Below are positions 1 through 9,533 of a stretch of 64,000 nt of DNA, piece by piece. The notes under the pieces were generated by a model that saw only the letters and a list, made by a program, of their open reading frames with translations, did no database searches and was not told the origin of the DNA. This DNA comes from an uncultured bacterium (GTDB lineage Bacteria > Omnitrophota > Omnitrophia > Omnitrophales > Aquincolibacteriaceae), in contig CAYLPP010000004.1 in assembly GCA_964385615.1 (NCBI GenBank), positions 39,494 through 103,493 on the forward strand, read 5' to 3'. How positions within the stretch are numbered: the stretch's first letter is position 1; every line of letters starts with the position of its first letter. The translations under genes and the position numbers were made by a program.

Positions 1-1
1 G

Positions 2-1963
2 TATCAAAATTACGTGCTGGAGTTGACCGGGGACAATATTCCGGAAAGTTTTGACCGCACGAAGATTGCGTCCATCATTTTTACTGAAGACCAGAAGACC
101 GGAGACCCGCTTCTTAACAATGTCATCAAAGTTCAGATTCCCGGCCTGCATTATGACCCGCCCCAATATTCTGAAGCGGAGAATCAGGTCCGTGACATGT
201 TGATCACCAAAGGCCTGACCTATTTCTCGACGGACAAGGGCCTCGATCCTGCGACGCATCTTCCATACGATTCTATTGAAGCGGACGGCCATCCCAAGAT
301 TGACGAAGTTGATATTGGGAATGACGCCCGGTTTACTCAGCCCACGCTGATTGGATACTACCTTCAGATTCTGGGTGAAGTCGTCGGCGGCACGCTCGAC
401 AACGGTATGACACGTGATGAGGCCCTTACCGAAATCGACACCGTTCTGACCAGTCTGCTTACCATTCAGGAAGATTTCGGCTGGAAAGGGATGATTCCCT
501 GGATGCGTCTGGGGCCAGAACTTACGCCTTACACGCCGGACATCGCTCTGGGCGACAACGCCAATCTCGCGCAAAGCCTGGCCGGAACTTCGGGGACTTT
601 GTCGACAGTTAGTCTGACGCCGGAGCAGACTTCGGCGGTCGCCGCGATCCAGACGAAGATTGAATTGTTTCTCGACAATCAGGCGGAAGGTTACGCGTCT
701 TTTGTGGATGAAGTGTCCGGTTCTTTCTTCCAGGTTTTTACCCGCGACAGTCTAACCAGCCAGACCGGACATTTCCCGAATTTCTACATGGACCGGTTGG
801 CAAACGAATTCCGCGGCGGCATCGCGTTTCTTCAGGTCCGCTACGATCTGCCTTCCACGGTCTGGGAAGCGCTGGGTGTTCATTACAATAATTACACAAC
901 ATCTCAGGGTGAGACGATTCAAAACCTGGCGTATTTCGACGGCGGGGCTTTTCAGGCTTTTTGGCCGCTTCTGCATACCCGGGAAACGGATTTTATCGGT
1001 TTCCACAACGCGCTGGAAAACGCTTTTATCAGTTACGCTGATTTTTCCGCTTCGCACAATCTCCCCGGTTTTGTTTCGGCCAGTCAGCGCCCGGATGACG
1101 GGATTGTGTCGGGAGTTTATGAAAGCCGGCAGGGCGTACGCGAAATCGCGGAAGGCGGATCTTCGCACGCAGACCAGTTTGTTTCGGACGTAGGTTCAAC
1201 TTACGCGCTGGCCGCGGCGTTTTCGCTTGATCCGCAAACCGTGCTGGCTTGGCTGGCTTCGATCCGGGAACAATTACCGGGCCTTGAAGGAAACGAAGGG
1301 TTTTTTGACGGCGCTCGGTCCGATACTGAAATTGCCAAACGGACGCTTGGTGTGGATGCCGCGTCCATGATTCTGGGGCTTTCGAACGTCAGCTCTTCGG
1401 GTTTTGAAACCTACTTGAGAAATCACGGCCTCGAGCTGGATTACAACCTGCTTTATGATGGAGTCAGCCGCAGTCTTTCGATCGCAATGACGAACCAGGA
1501 AGCGGCCGCGCCTCCAGTCATTCCGGACAGGTCACTGGCGGTATTCAGTCACATTGATTCGCAGGGTACGATTAATAATTTCAACCAGTCGGCCGCGACT
1601 CCTGCCGGAATTCATCCGGTTTACGGCAGTCTGGCTGCTAATGGCGGGTACGGCGGTTATTTCTGGTTTCTGGACCAGTCTTACGACGCGCGTTCCAACA
1701 AGCTTTTGATCAACTACACGGCCAGCGATACTCCCCAGCAGATTAAACTGGAATTGAAAGATGAGTTCGGCCAGACGGTTGGAGTTTATACGCCGTCTTT
1801 GGTTGACACCGCTTCAGACAAGATCATTGAAATTGATCTTCCGAATACGGCGGAATTCAGCACGATTACGCAGGTGGTTCTTGTTATTGATCAAAACGCG
1901 ACAAACGACACGAGCGGAAATTTTATTATCCACTCGATCGATTTTCAATATTACGCGTCTTAA
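2..1963 (+). CDS. Hypothetical secreted protein, 5'-partial (the reading frame is open to the window edge). It is possibly carbohydrate-active, with a beta-sandwich-like C-terminal domain.
   Basis: A 649-aa ORF with no in-frame stop upstream of nt 14; the tabulated start is a GTG. The C-terminal region is rich in Thr/Asn/Asp (GYGGYFWFLDQSYD...IDFQYY). No confident family match was possible by eye. Confidence 0.45.
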   Translation, partial: YQNYVLELTGDNIPESFDRTKIASIIFTEDQKTGDPLLNNVIKVQIPGLHYDPPQYSEAENQVRDMLITKGLTYFSTDKGLDPATHLPYDSIEADGHPKIDEVDIGNDARFTQPTLIGYYLQILGEVVGGTLDNGMTRDEALTEIDTVLTSLLTIQEDFGWKGMIPWMRLGPELTPYTPDIALGDNANLAQSLAGTSGTLSTVSLTPEQTSAVAAIQTKIELFLDNQAEGYASFVDEVSGSFFQVFTRDSLTSQTGHFPNFYMDRLANEFRGGIAFLQVRYDLPSTVWEALGVHYNNYTTSQGETIQNLAYFDGGAFQAFWPLLHTRETDFIGFHNALENAFISYADFSASHNLPGFVSASQRPDDGIVSGVYESRQGVREIAEGGSSHADQFVSDVGSTYALAAAFSLDPQTVLAWLASIREQLPGLEGNEGFFDGARSDTEIAKRTLGVDAASMILGLSNVSSSGFETYLRNHGLELDYNLLYDGVSRSLSIAMTNQEAAAPPVIPDRSLAVFSHIDSQGTINNFNQSAATPAGIHPVYGSLAANGGYGGYFWFLDQSYDARSNKLLINYTASDTPQQIKLELKDEFGQTVGVYTPSLVDTASDKIIEIDLPNTAEFSTITQVVLVIDQNATNDTSGNFIIHSIDFQYYAS

Positions 1964-1966
1964 AAA

Positions 1967-2377
1967 TCAATCGGGGTAATTAAAATGAACCGGAATCTGA
2001 ATGTCAGGGTGCATGCTTTGGTGAACGGGGCAGGTCAGCGCGGCGCGTTCCAGAACAGGCCGTTCTTTTTGAGGGATACCCGCGGGCATTTTGAAGGTCA
2101 CCGTCAGTTTGCCGATCCGTCTCACAGGCTCCTGAACCATTTCCTTGATGACTTCCACTTCCGCGCCTTCAAGCGCCAGGCTGTGGCGTTTAGCCACAAT
2201 CCCCATGATAGTCAGCATGCAGGCTCCCAGCCCGCTGGCCACCAGATCCGTAGGTGAAAAAGCTTCACCCTTGCCGTGGTTGTCCTTAGGCGCGTCGGTT
2301 GCGGTTTTTGCACCCGAAGGCCCATGAGTCAGAGCGCAATGCAGATCGCCTTCATAGCGGATATTGATTTTAACCAT
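1967..2377 (-). CDS. OsmC/Ohr-family peroxiredoxin-like protein. The likely true start is the internal ATG giving MVKINI; the tabulated ORF extends to 2422.
   Basis: Contains an OsmC-like paired-cysteine motif (GLGACMLT...ALTCPVH), and the ~135-aa size is typical of the family. Confidence 0.75.
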   Translation of the reverse strand: MVKINIRYEGDLHCALTHGPSGAKTATDAPKDNHGKGEAFSPTDLVASGLGACMLTIMGIVAKRHSLALEGAEVEVIKEMVQEPVRRIGKLTVTFKMPAGIPQKERPVLERAALTCPVHQSMHPDIQIPVHFNYPD

Positions 2378-2398
2378 AGATGACGTATCATACGGCTT

Positions 2399-4057
2399 AT
2401 GCTGACGCAAATCCAGGTGCAAAATTTTCTGCTGGCCGGCAAAGCATCCCTTCCTTTTTCTCCTGAACTCAATGTCCTAACCGGTGAGACCGGCGCGGGC
2501 AAATCCATTCTAATTGACGCTATCCGTTTTGTGCTGGGTGAGCGCGTGGAAGTCCGGCCTGCCGAAGGCCAGACGGCCTCCGTCGAAGCGGTTTTTGAAC
2601 TTCACGACAAAGCTCTTCGCGGGCATGAATGGCTGGAACCGTATAAAAGCGAAGACGACGAAGACGTTTTGATCTTGCGCAAGGAAGTGAATCTGGAAGG
2701 AAAATCCAAAGTCTGGATTAACGGCAGGGCAGCAACGACTGCAGCGCTCAAGCAAATTGGAAGCCTGTTGATCGATATTCACGGTCAGTACGACCACCAA
2801 CTTCTTTTGGATGCCGCCAGCCATCTTGGACTGGTTGACCGTTACGCCAAGACGGAAGATTTGAGAAAAGAATACGGGGAAGTTTACGCGGGCTATCACA
2901 CGCTGATTCAGCGCCGTGAAGAGCTCGCGAAGCTGGCCGAAGGCCGTGAGCGGGAACTGGACCTGCTGAAATACCAGGTTGAAGAAATCGAGAAAGCGGA
3001 TCTTTCAGAAAGCGAAGAAGAGGAGCTTAAAACAGAACAGGCTCGGTTTGGCAACTCTGAGAAGCTTTATGAGGCCTGCTCCCGCGCGTTGGAGTATCTT
3101 GAAGGCGAGGAGCGTTCCGTGTCGGAATTGTTGGCGAAAGCTCAGAGGGATGTCAGCCTCCTGGCTAAGCTCGATCCTTCAATTGAAAACACCAAAACCG
3201 AATTTGAGAATGTTCAGCTGGGATTCGAGGAAATGTCCCGTTCCCTGCGTGATTATCAAGAGTCGCTTTCATTTGATCCTGACCGGCTGTCTGAGATTGA
3301 GAAGCGTTTGGATTTGATTGATTTACTAAAGCGCAAGTACGGTTCAACGGTCGGGAAGGTTTTGGAATTTTTTGAAAATGCCCGCCGGCGTTTTGACGAG
3401 CTGAACAATAAAGAAGTCTACGAAAAGGAAATCGAGCAGAATTTGAAGAAGATTCTGCCGAAGCTTGAATCGCTCGCGGACCAGCTGACGGCCGGGCGCA
3501 AGAAGGCGGGAGTTCTTCTTAAGAAAACGATTGAAACGGAGCTGGGCGATCTCCAGATTCCTTACGCTAAATTTGAGTGCGGGATCACGCAGACGGACTT
3601 TTCGGCTTCCGGCCGTGACGGTGTGGAATTTTTGATCAGCTTGAACGCGGGGGAGCCGGTTATGCCGCTGGCAAAAATTATTTCCGGCGGGGAAGTTTCG
3701 CGTGTCATGCTGGCGCTTAAAAAGGCGCTGATCAAAGTTGATCCGGTCGGCACTCTTATTTTTGACGAAATTGACGCGAATATCGGCGGGCGCCTGGGGG
3801 AAGTGACCGGGCAGAAGCTGAAAGAAATCTCTCAGGCCCGCCAGGTCCTGCTGATTACCCACCTGCCTCAAATCGCTTCCTTTGCCGACCGGCATTTTAA
3901 GGTCGCCAAGAAGGTCAAAGACGGTAAAACGGTGACGGAATACCGGGTCATTGAAGGTGAGGAACGTGTCCGGGAGCTCGCTCAGATGATGTCCGGCAGG
4001 AAAGAATCCGAAATCTCCAAAAAACACGCCGAAGAAATGCTCAGCCGGGCGAAGTAG
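2399..4057 (+). CDS. recN: DNA repair protein RecN
   Basis: N-terminal SMC-like Walker A (LNVLTGETGAGKSILIDAI), a long coiled-coil middle and a C-terminal signature/Walker B region (LIFDEIDANIGG). The 552-aa size is typical of RecN. Confidence 0.9.
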   Translation: MLTQIQVQNFLLAGKASLPFSPELNVLTGETGAGKSILIDAIRFVLGERVEVRPAEGQTASVEAVFELHDKALRGHEWLEPYKSEDDEDVLILRKEVNLEGKSKVWINGRAATTAALKQIGSLLIDIHGQYDHQLLLDAASHLGLVDRYAKTEDLRKEYGEVYAGYHTLIQRREELAKLAEGRERELDLLKYQVEEIEKADLSESEEEELKTEQARFGNSEKLYEACSRALEYLEGEERSVSELLAKAQRDVSLLAKLDPSIENTKTEFENVQLGFEEMSRSLRDYQESLSFDPDRLSEIEKRLDLIDLLKRKYGSTVGKVLEFFENARRRFDELNNKEVYEKEIEQNLKKILPKLESLADQLTAGRKKAGVLLKKTIETELGDLQIPYAKFECGITQTDFSASGRDGVEFLISLNAGEPVMPLAKIISGGEVSRVMLALKKALIKVDPVGTLIFDEIDANIGGRLGEVTGQKLKEISQARQVLLITHLPQIASFADRHFKVAKKVKDGKTVTEYRVIEGEERVRELAQMMSGRKESEISKKHAEEMLSRAK

Positions 4058-4152
4058 AATTTCGGTGCGCAGAGGTTCTTCGGGAACCTCACGCATCGTG
4101 CTTGCGCATGGGCGCAAGCGCGAAGAAATGCTCAGTCGGGCGAAATAATTTC
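4030..4152. repeat. Direct duplication of the last ~32 nt of recN (cgaagaaatgctcagYcgggcgaaRta..aatttc). The two copies flank a ~57-nt insert that contains two hairpins (GAGGTTCttcgGGAACCTC and CTTGCGCatggGCGCAAG).
   Basis: Copy 1 is at 4030-4063 and copy 2 at 4121-4152. They differ by one mismatch and a 2-nt indel. The inverted repeats in the insert were read directly from the sequence. Confidence 0.6.
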
Positions 4153-4223
4153 AAAAACCGCACATTTTCCGGAAAAAAATCCGATTCAAATTGAGAAATT
4201 TCCGTGAATTGCCAGAATGAGGC

Positions 4224-4895
4224 ATGATTAAAAACTGGCCTGAAGCGGAAAGACCGCGGGAAAGAATCTTGTCGCAGGGCGGAGCTGCTTTGTCCGACGC
4301 GGAGTTGTTGGCGATTTTGTTCGGCAGTGGAATTCGGGGCGTTGATGTGGTTTCATTCGCGCGTTCGATTCTCGCGGAGCACGGCGGACTGCGGGGCGTG
4401 CTTTCGCTTGAAAAGGAGAAGCTTCAGAAAATTAAAGGTCTGGGGCCTGCCAAGACTGCGGTTTTATGCGCGGTTGGAGAAATCTCCCAGCGCCGGGCCG
4501 GACAGGAGCTTTTTAAAAAAGACGCGCTTCGTGAACCTGAAGCCGTGATTCGTTATTTAAAACTTTCTCTGCAGGATCAAGTGCGTGAAATATTTAAAGT
4601 GCTTTTCCTGGATAAGGGCAATAGAATCATAGCGGAGTCCAATCTGTTTCATGGAACTGTGGATGAAGCCGCGGTTTATCCCCGCGAAATTGTCCGCGAG
4701 TCGCTTTTAAAAAATGCTACTGCTGTAATTTTGGTGCATAATCACCCTTCCGGCCGGATTGAACCCAGCCCTGAGGACCGGGAACTGACCCGGAAAGCGG
4801 TGAATGCCTGTTCGGCCGTTTCCGTCAAAGTGCTTGACCATATTATTATCGGCGATGGCAGGTATTATAGCTTCGCGGAGCAGGGGATCCTTTAA
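4224..4895 (+). CDS. radC: RadC/UPF0758-family JAB-domain protein
   Basis: N-terminal HhH-like region (LSDAELLAILFGSGIRG) and a C-terminal JAMM motif (HNHPSG...SPED). The 223-aa size fits. Confidence 0.85.
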   Translation: MIKNWPEAERPRERILSQGGAALSDAELLAILFGSGIRGVDVVSFARSILAEHGGLRGVLSLEKEKLQKIKGLGPAKTAVLCAVGEISQRRAGQELFKKDALREPEAVIRYLKLSLQDQVREIFKVLFLDKGNRIIAESNLFHGTVDEAAVYPREIVRESLLKNATAVILVHNHPSGRIEPSPEDRELTRKAVNACSAVSVKVLDHIIIGDGRYYSFAEQGIL

Positions 4896-4977
4896 GCAAT
4901 CCAGAAACAAGGCTCCTGGCGTAGACCTAGTAAGGAAAAAATCGGCGGAGCCGATATTAGTAGGACCGGAGGAATTT

Positions 4978-5595
4978 ATGAAAAAAATTTACCTTGGAGT
5001 CATTTTTTTCTGGGCGGTCATGCCCGTCAGCAGTCTTCTTGCTAAAAACATTGTAACCGGAATTCAAGGCCAGCCCGTTCTGGTCCGTGACGGCCAGGAA
5101 ACGGTTCTAACGGACGGGACTGAAATTGCCCAGGGTGATACCGTTAAGACCGGTGAAGGCGGTTTACTGGATATCAGCTTGAACGGCCGTTCCGGTGTAC
5201 GTATTCTTGCCGAAACAGAAGTTGAAATGCGCCAACTTGACGAAAAAAATACAGATTTGGACATGAAGGTCGGAAATATTATCGCCAACCTGAAAAAGAA
5301 GGTTCCTTCAGATGGAAAGTTTGAAGTTTCAACGCCTGCCGCGGTTCTTGCCGTGCGGGGCACTCAATTTTGGGGGCAAGCGGTGCCGGGCGGCGAGGGG
5401 AAGCCTCAAAGCACTTTTGCCGTTCGTGAAGGTATTTTGAGTGTGCGCGATAAAATAACTTCTGAAGAGTGGATGGTTAACAAAGGCGGAGCCATTGAAA
5501 TTTCAGGCGTTGGAAAGCCCGCTTTGACCCGCGCCGCTTCTGCCGGAGAACTTTCGGCGATCTCCCAGGCTGAAGAAATTAAAATCGAGGAATAA
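4978..5595 (+). CDS. Secreted FecR-domain-like protein. The tabulated ORF starts at 4804 and overlaps radC; the start chosen here is the ATG that has a GGAGG ribosome-binding site and begins a signal peptide.
   Basis: Begins MKKIYLGVIFFWAVMPVSSLLA, which looks like a signal peptide. The motifs VKTGEGGLLDISLNGRSGVRILAETEVEM and AVLAVRGTQF resemble the FecR/DUF4974 beta-sandwich. Confidence 0.5.
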   Translation: MKKIYLGVIFFWAVMPVSSLLAKNIVTGIQGQPVLVRDGQETVLTDGTEIAQGDTVKTGEGGLLDISLNGRSGVRILAETEVEMRQLDEKNTDLDMKVGNIIANLKKKVPSDGKFEVSTPAAVLAVRGTQFWGQAVPGGEGKPQSTFAVREGILSVRDKITSEEWMVNKGGAIEISGVGKPALTRAASAGELSAISQAEEIKIEE

Positions 5596-5600
5596 TCCAA

Positions 5601-5858
5601 ATGCTCGACAAGATTGCTCTGGTGGCGGCGATTGCTCTGCCTCTCTGGAATATTCCTTTGATGATCAGGATTGTTCAGAGGAAATCTTCAGCAGATATCA
5701 GTTTAATGTGGGCCCTGGGCGTTTGGGTTTGTATTATCCTGATGGCGCCTTCTGGCATCAAATCCACGGATTTCGTCTGGAAGGTCTACAATATCGTCAA
5801 CCTCTTCTTTTTTACCGGTGTTGTCGCCACCGTTTTGATTTACCACAAGCGTAAGTAA
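5601..5858 (+). CDS. Small 3-TM membrane protein, possibly a PQ-loop/SemiSWEET-like or lipid-A-biosynthesis N-terminal-domain family member
   Basis: An 85-aa protein with three hydrophobic helices and a conserved-looking VQRKSSADIS loop after TM1. A GAGGA ribosome-binding site lies 7 nt upstream. Confidence 0.4.
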   Translation: MLDKIALVAAIALPLWNIPLMIRIVQRKSSADISLMWALGVWVCIILMAPSGIKSTDFVWKVYNIVNLFFFTGVVATVLIYHKRK

Positions 5859-6056
5859 TTCTCGGCCAATCGGCCGATCCTCCCTTAGACATTCTTTTTA
5901 CACTTTCCACTTTAAAACCGTCTCCGCACGGTGTTCAGAAATTTTCCTAGCGGTATGATTCCCCCATGAAGCCGGTTTTGTTGAAAAAAATTCGCTGGGC
6001 AGCAATCGCCCTTTTTTTAGCAGGGGTTATCTGGCTGTTACATCAATGAGCGGATT

Positions 6057-6272
6057 TTAGAAATCCAGGAATTCTGAGCAGGTGAGATTAAAAGCTTTCG
6101 CGAGTTTCTCAATAGTTTCAAGCTTGACGTCCGTGGGGCGAGTGCTTTCGAGACGCTGGATGTGTTTGTAATCCAGTTCCGCGAGTTCGGCTAATTTTTG
6201 CTGTGTCCAGCCGCAGGTTTCCCGGAGGCTTCGAAGACGTTTCGCGAAATTATGACGGATTGAAATTTCCAT
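6057..6272 (-). CDS. XRE-family helix-turn-helix transcriptional regulator
   Basis: LRSLRETCGWTQQKLAELAELDYKHIQRLESTR is a classic Cro/C1 HTH; 71 aa. Confidence 0.8.
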   Translation of the reverse strand: MEISIRHNFAKRLRSLRETCGWTQQKLAELAELDYKHIQRLESTRPTDVKLETIEKLAKAFNLTCSEFLDF

Positions 6273-6397
6273 AAACGGGAATTATCGGGATTTAGAGGGT
6301 CCATTAACACCGTTTTCATGCGGTATTTCATGTTTGGAGTGGTTAAAGATGAATTTAGTCCAAAAGTGTGCGGACTAAGCACTTTTAAAGAGGCTTT

Positions 6398-6781
6398 ATG
6401 GCGGATTCGGCTAAACCCAGGGTTTTAGTCATTGATGACGAGATTGATGTGCTGTTGATGACCCGGGAGTATTTTGAACTTCGAGGCTATCAGGTTTTTA
6501 CGGCTCTTGACGGCGAGACAGGACTGCTGATTTGCCGTTATGAGAATCCCAAACTGGTTCTGGTGGATTATAAGCTCAAAACCTGTGACGGGGCTGAACT
6601 CATTCGGAGCTTAAGGAAAACATCAAACTCACTGAAAATTTTCGTGATTTCAGCGCATCAAGAAGAGAATATGGAGCGCCGGGTCACCGGGCTGGGAGCG
6701 GACAAGTATTTTGAAAAACCGGTTTCGATTATTGAAGTGGAGCGCGCGGCGCGTCAAATTTTAAATTTTCAGGCTTCCTGA
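6398..6781 (+). CDS. Stand-alone CheY-like response regulator receiver domain
   Basis: Has the receiver hallmarks: VLVIDDE acidic pocket, LVLVDYKL phospho-acceptor Asp, and conserved Lys in YFEKPV. It is 127 aa with no output domain. Confidence 0.8.
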   Translation: MADSAKPRVLVIDDEIDVLLMTREYFELRGYQVFTALDGETGLLICRYENPKLVLVDYKLKTCDGAELIRSLRKTSNSLKIFVISAHQEENMERRVTGLGADKYFEKPVSIIEVERAARQILNFQAS

Positions 6782-8472
6782 TTGATTCTCAACCCTTGAA
6801 CGGTCAAAGCCCATAAAACAACGGCCCCGGCGCAAAAGATCGTGCCCCGTAAGGGATGATTCAGCAAAAGGTCCAGAGGTCCGAAAGTGGTCAGAAGCAG
6901 GGCCGCTGTAGCGTAAAGCCAAAGCTTCAGGCTGGGAATCCAGTTGGACGGAACGCTTGAAACGGATTTCCAGAATCCGGGCGGACGGACTTTTGCCTGA
7001 AACGCGGTCAGAACGGAATCTTCGCAAGGTTTTGTCATGAAAGTCGCGGGAAGCCAGAAAGCCGCGGTGCCCGCAATCATAAAAATAAGATCCGCGACGG
7101 AAGATTCAGGAATGCCCGTGAATTCGAAAAAGAAAGGCCGGGCGAGAAGAACGGGAAGACTTGCTGCCATGGCCGCGATTTCACTCGCCGGATTAATTCT
7201 TCGCCAGAACCAGCGCAGAAAATAAACCGGGCCGATTCCCGCCGTCAGGTTTAAAACCAGGGTGAAGACGGCACCGATACTGTCGGTCATGAAAGCTACG
7301 GCCGTGGCCGCCGCGGCAAGAAGCAGGGAAGTCAGGCGCGCGACGGCAACGTAATGTTTCTCAGAGGCCCCCGGTTTAACGAACCGTTTCCAGAAATCAT
7401 TAACAAAATAAGAAGACCCCCAGTTTAAATGGGTGCTCATCGTGGACATGAATGCCGCGAAAAAGGAAGCCACCATTAATCCCCGAAGTCCTGAAGGTAA
7501 AAGCTGGGAAATCAGACGGGGATAAGCTTTTTCGTGATCGGTTAAGTCCGGAAGAAGAATCAGAGAAGCCAGGGCCGTTAGAATCCAGGGCCAGGCACGC
7601 AAGGCGTATTGGGCGATATTGAACCAGAGCGTCGCGTAAATGGCCTGCTTTTCATTTTTGCAGGAAGCAATTCTCTGAACAATAATTCCGCCTCCGTCCG
7701 TGTTTTTCCAGGCCCACCACTGAATGCAAATCAATCCCAGAAACCAGCCGAACGGAGAAGCTAAAATTTCTGAAGGCGTGTGCCCGGTCATGGGCGGGAT
7801 CAAAGCCAGTTTGCCGGTCGGGCCCAGTTTTTCCACAATCACATGAAGGCCGCCGCAGGCATTCACGGCGTAGAAGGCCAGAATAAAAGCTCCAGCCATC
7901 GCGACAATAAACTGAAACATATCGGTCAGAATAACGCCCCAGTAACCTGACATGCAGGAGTACGCGGCGGTTAGAGCCATGCAAAAAAGGACGGATTGCG
8001 CTTTATTCCACGAAGTGGTTTCCTGCATGACTTTAGACAGACCGGTGACCGGCCAGGCGCCCATGATAAACGCGTTATAAAAAATGCCCCAGTAAAGCGC
8101 TTTAAAGCCCCGCAGAAAAGCCGCAGATTTTCCGCTGTAGCGGAGTTCCACAAATTCGACTTCTGTCAGAACTCCGGCCCGTTTCCAGAGTTTTGAGAAA
8201 AAGAAAACCGCGAACATGGTAGAAATCGCCAGCGCCCAGACTTCCCAATTTCCCCAGATGCCTTTACGGCGCACGATGCCTGTGATTAGAAGCGGAGTGT
8301 CGGAGGAGAACGCGGTCGCGGCCATGGAAGTTCCGGCCAGCCACCAGCCCAGAGAGCGGTCGGAAGCGAAAAAGGATTCCATGCCCTTGCCGGCTTTTTG
8401 GGTCAGCAAAAGGCCGAGGGCGACACTGGCCAGGCAAAAACCGGCGACAATCAACCAGTCCAGCAGGCTCAT
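6769..8472 (-). CDS. Sodium:solute symporter (SSS/SSF) family transporter
   Basis: A 567-aa polytopic membrane protein with SSF-like N-terminal helices (MSLLDWLIVAGFCLASVALGLLL...GWWLAGTSMAATAFSSDTPL). Its start overlaps the anmK stop by 4 nt. Confidence 0.8.
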   Translation of the reverse strand: MSLLDWLIVAGFCLASVALGLLLTQKAGKGMESFFASDRSLGWWLAGTSMAATAFSSDTPLLITGIVRRKGIWGNWEVWALAISTMFAVFFFSKLWKRAGVLTEVEFVELRYSGKSAAFLRGFKALYWGIFYNAFIMGAWPVTGLSKVMQETTSWNKAQSVLFCMALTAAYSCMSGYWGVILTDMFQFIVAMAGAFILAFYAVNACGGLHVIVEKLGPTGKLALIPPMTGHTPSEILASPFGWFLGLICIQWWAWKNTDGGGIIVQRIASCKNEKQAIYATLWFNIAQYALRAWPWILTALASLILLPDLTDHEKAYPRLISQLLPSGLRGLMVASFFAAFMSTMSTHLNWGSSYFVNDFWKRFVKPGASEKHYVAVARLTSLLLAAAATAVAFMTDSIGAVFTLVLNLTAGIGPVYFLRWFWRRINPASEIAAMAASLPVLLARPFFFEFTGIPESSVADLIFMIAGTAAFWLPATFMTKPCEDSVLTAFQAKVRPPGFWKSVSSVPSNWIPSLKLWLYATAALLLTTFGPLDLLLNHPLRGTIFCAGAVVLWALTVQGLRINQEA

Positions 8473-9533
8473 CGTGTTATTTTTCCGAGGATAACAGCGT
8501 GTTTCGCGCCGGTGCCCGCGGGGCAGTGATTGACTTTGCCTTCCAGCGCCCGAAGAGCGAAAAAAGCGAACGCTGCAGGCTCCTTGGCTTGCGCCTCGAT
8601 ACCTGATTTTTCAATTGAGAGGACCGGAACGGGGGTCAGCAGATTTTTCAGGTGTTTCATCAGCGTAAGATTTAAAGCTCCGCCTCCGCTGACAAGGACT
8701 TCCCGAACCGGCGGGAGAAAAGCCTGGTAACTTTCCTTGATTGAAAACGCCGTGAAAAAAGTCAGGGTCGCCAGGATGTCCGCGGGTTTTTGCTTTTTAA
8801 GAGAAGCGGGAATAAAAGTCTCATTGAAAAGTTCACGGCCCGTGGATTTCGGCGGAAGTTTTTTAAAATAAGTATGCCTGGCCATGGCTTCCGCGGATTT
8901 AAAATCAATCTTACCTCCGGCCGCGATTTGACCGCCCTTGTCATAGTTTTTCTTGAAGTATTTTCGTGCCGCCCAATCCATGAGGCAGTTGCCGGGACCG
9001 GTATCAAAAGCGATCAGTTTTTTTCCGCCGGCCAGGGTGACATTTCCGATACCTCCGATATTTTGCAAAGCGCGCGGTTTATCTCCGAAAAAGAAGTCGT
9101 CAAAAAAGGGAATGAGCGGGGCCCCCTGACCGCCCGCAGCGATATCGCGGGGGCGGAAGTCCGAAACCACAGGGATCCCGGTTCTTTCAGCCAGATAAGA
9201 AGGTTCTCCGAGTTGAAACGTATGAGCGGGTTTTCCGGACCCGGCATGAAACACGGTATGACCGTGAGACCCGATGACTTTAATTTTTCGCCCAGGAAAT
9301 TTTTTCAGGAAACGGACCGCGCATTGAGCGAAATAAAGACCCAGTTCAGCGTTTAAGAGAGAAAGTTCCGGAGTCTTAAGATGGACGGCGCTGTTAATTT
9401 TTTTGGAAAGAGATGAAGGGTAAGGATAGGTGAGACAGCCCAGGGTTTTAAATTTGCGGCCGGTGAAATCGGCCAAGGCCAAAGACACTCCATCGCCGGA
9501 GGTGCCGGACATCAGGCCGAGAGCAAGCGTCAT
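8469..9533 (-). CDS. anmK: Anhydro-N-acetylmuramic acid kinase
   Basis: The N-terminus GLMSGTSGDGVSLAL and the ~354-aa ASKHA-fold size are typical of AnmK. Its start overlaps the murQ stop. Confidence 0.85.
   Translation of the reverse strand: MTLALGLMSGTSGDGVSLALADFTGRKFKTLGCLTYPYPSSLSKKINSAVHLKTPELSLLNAELGLYFAQCAVRFLKKFPGRKIKVIGSHGHTVFHAGSGKPAHTFQLGEPSYLAERTGIPVVSDFRPRDIAAGGQGAPLIPFFDDFFFGDKPRALQNIGGIGNVTLAGGKKLIAFDTGPGNCLMDWAARKYFKKNYDKGGQIAAGGKIDFKSAEAMARHTYFKKLPPKSTGRELFNETFIPASLKKQKPADILATLTFFTAFSIKESYQAFLPPVREVLVSGGGALNLTLMKHLKNLLTPVPVLSIEKSGIEAQAKEPAAFAFFALRALEGKVNHCPAGTGAKHAVILGKITR

Noticed and set aside
3344-4117. 257-aa minus-strand ORF overlapping the recN 3' half and the duplicated terminus
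   Set aside because: It is antisense to recN, with no RBS or recognisable motifs. It partly extends over the direct-repeat region, which explains its length.
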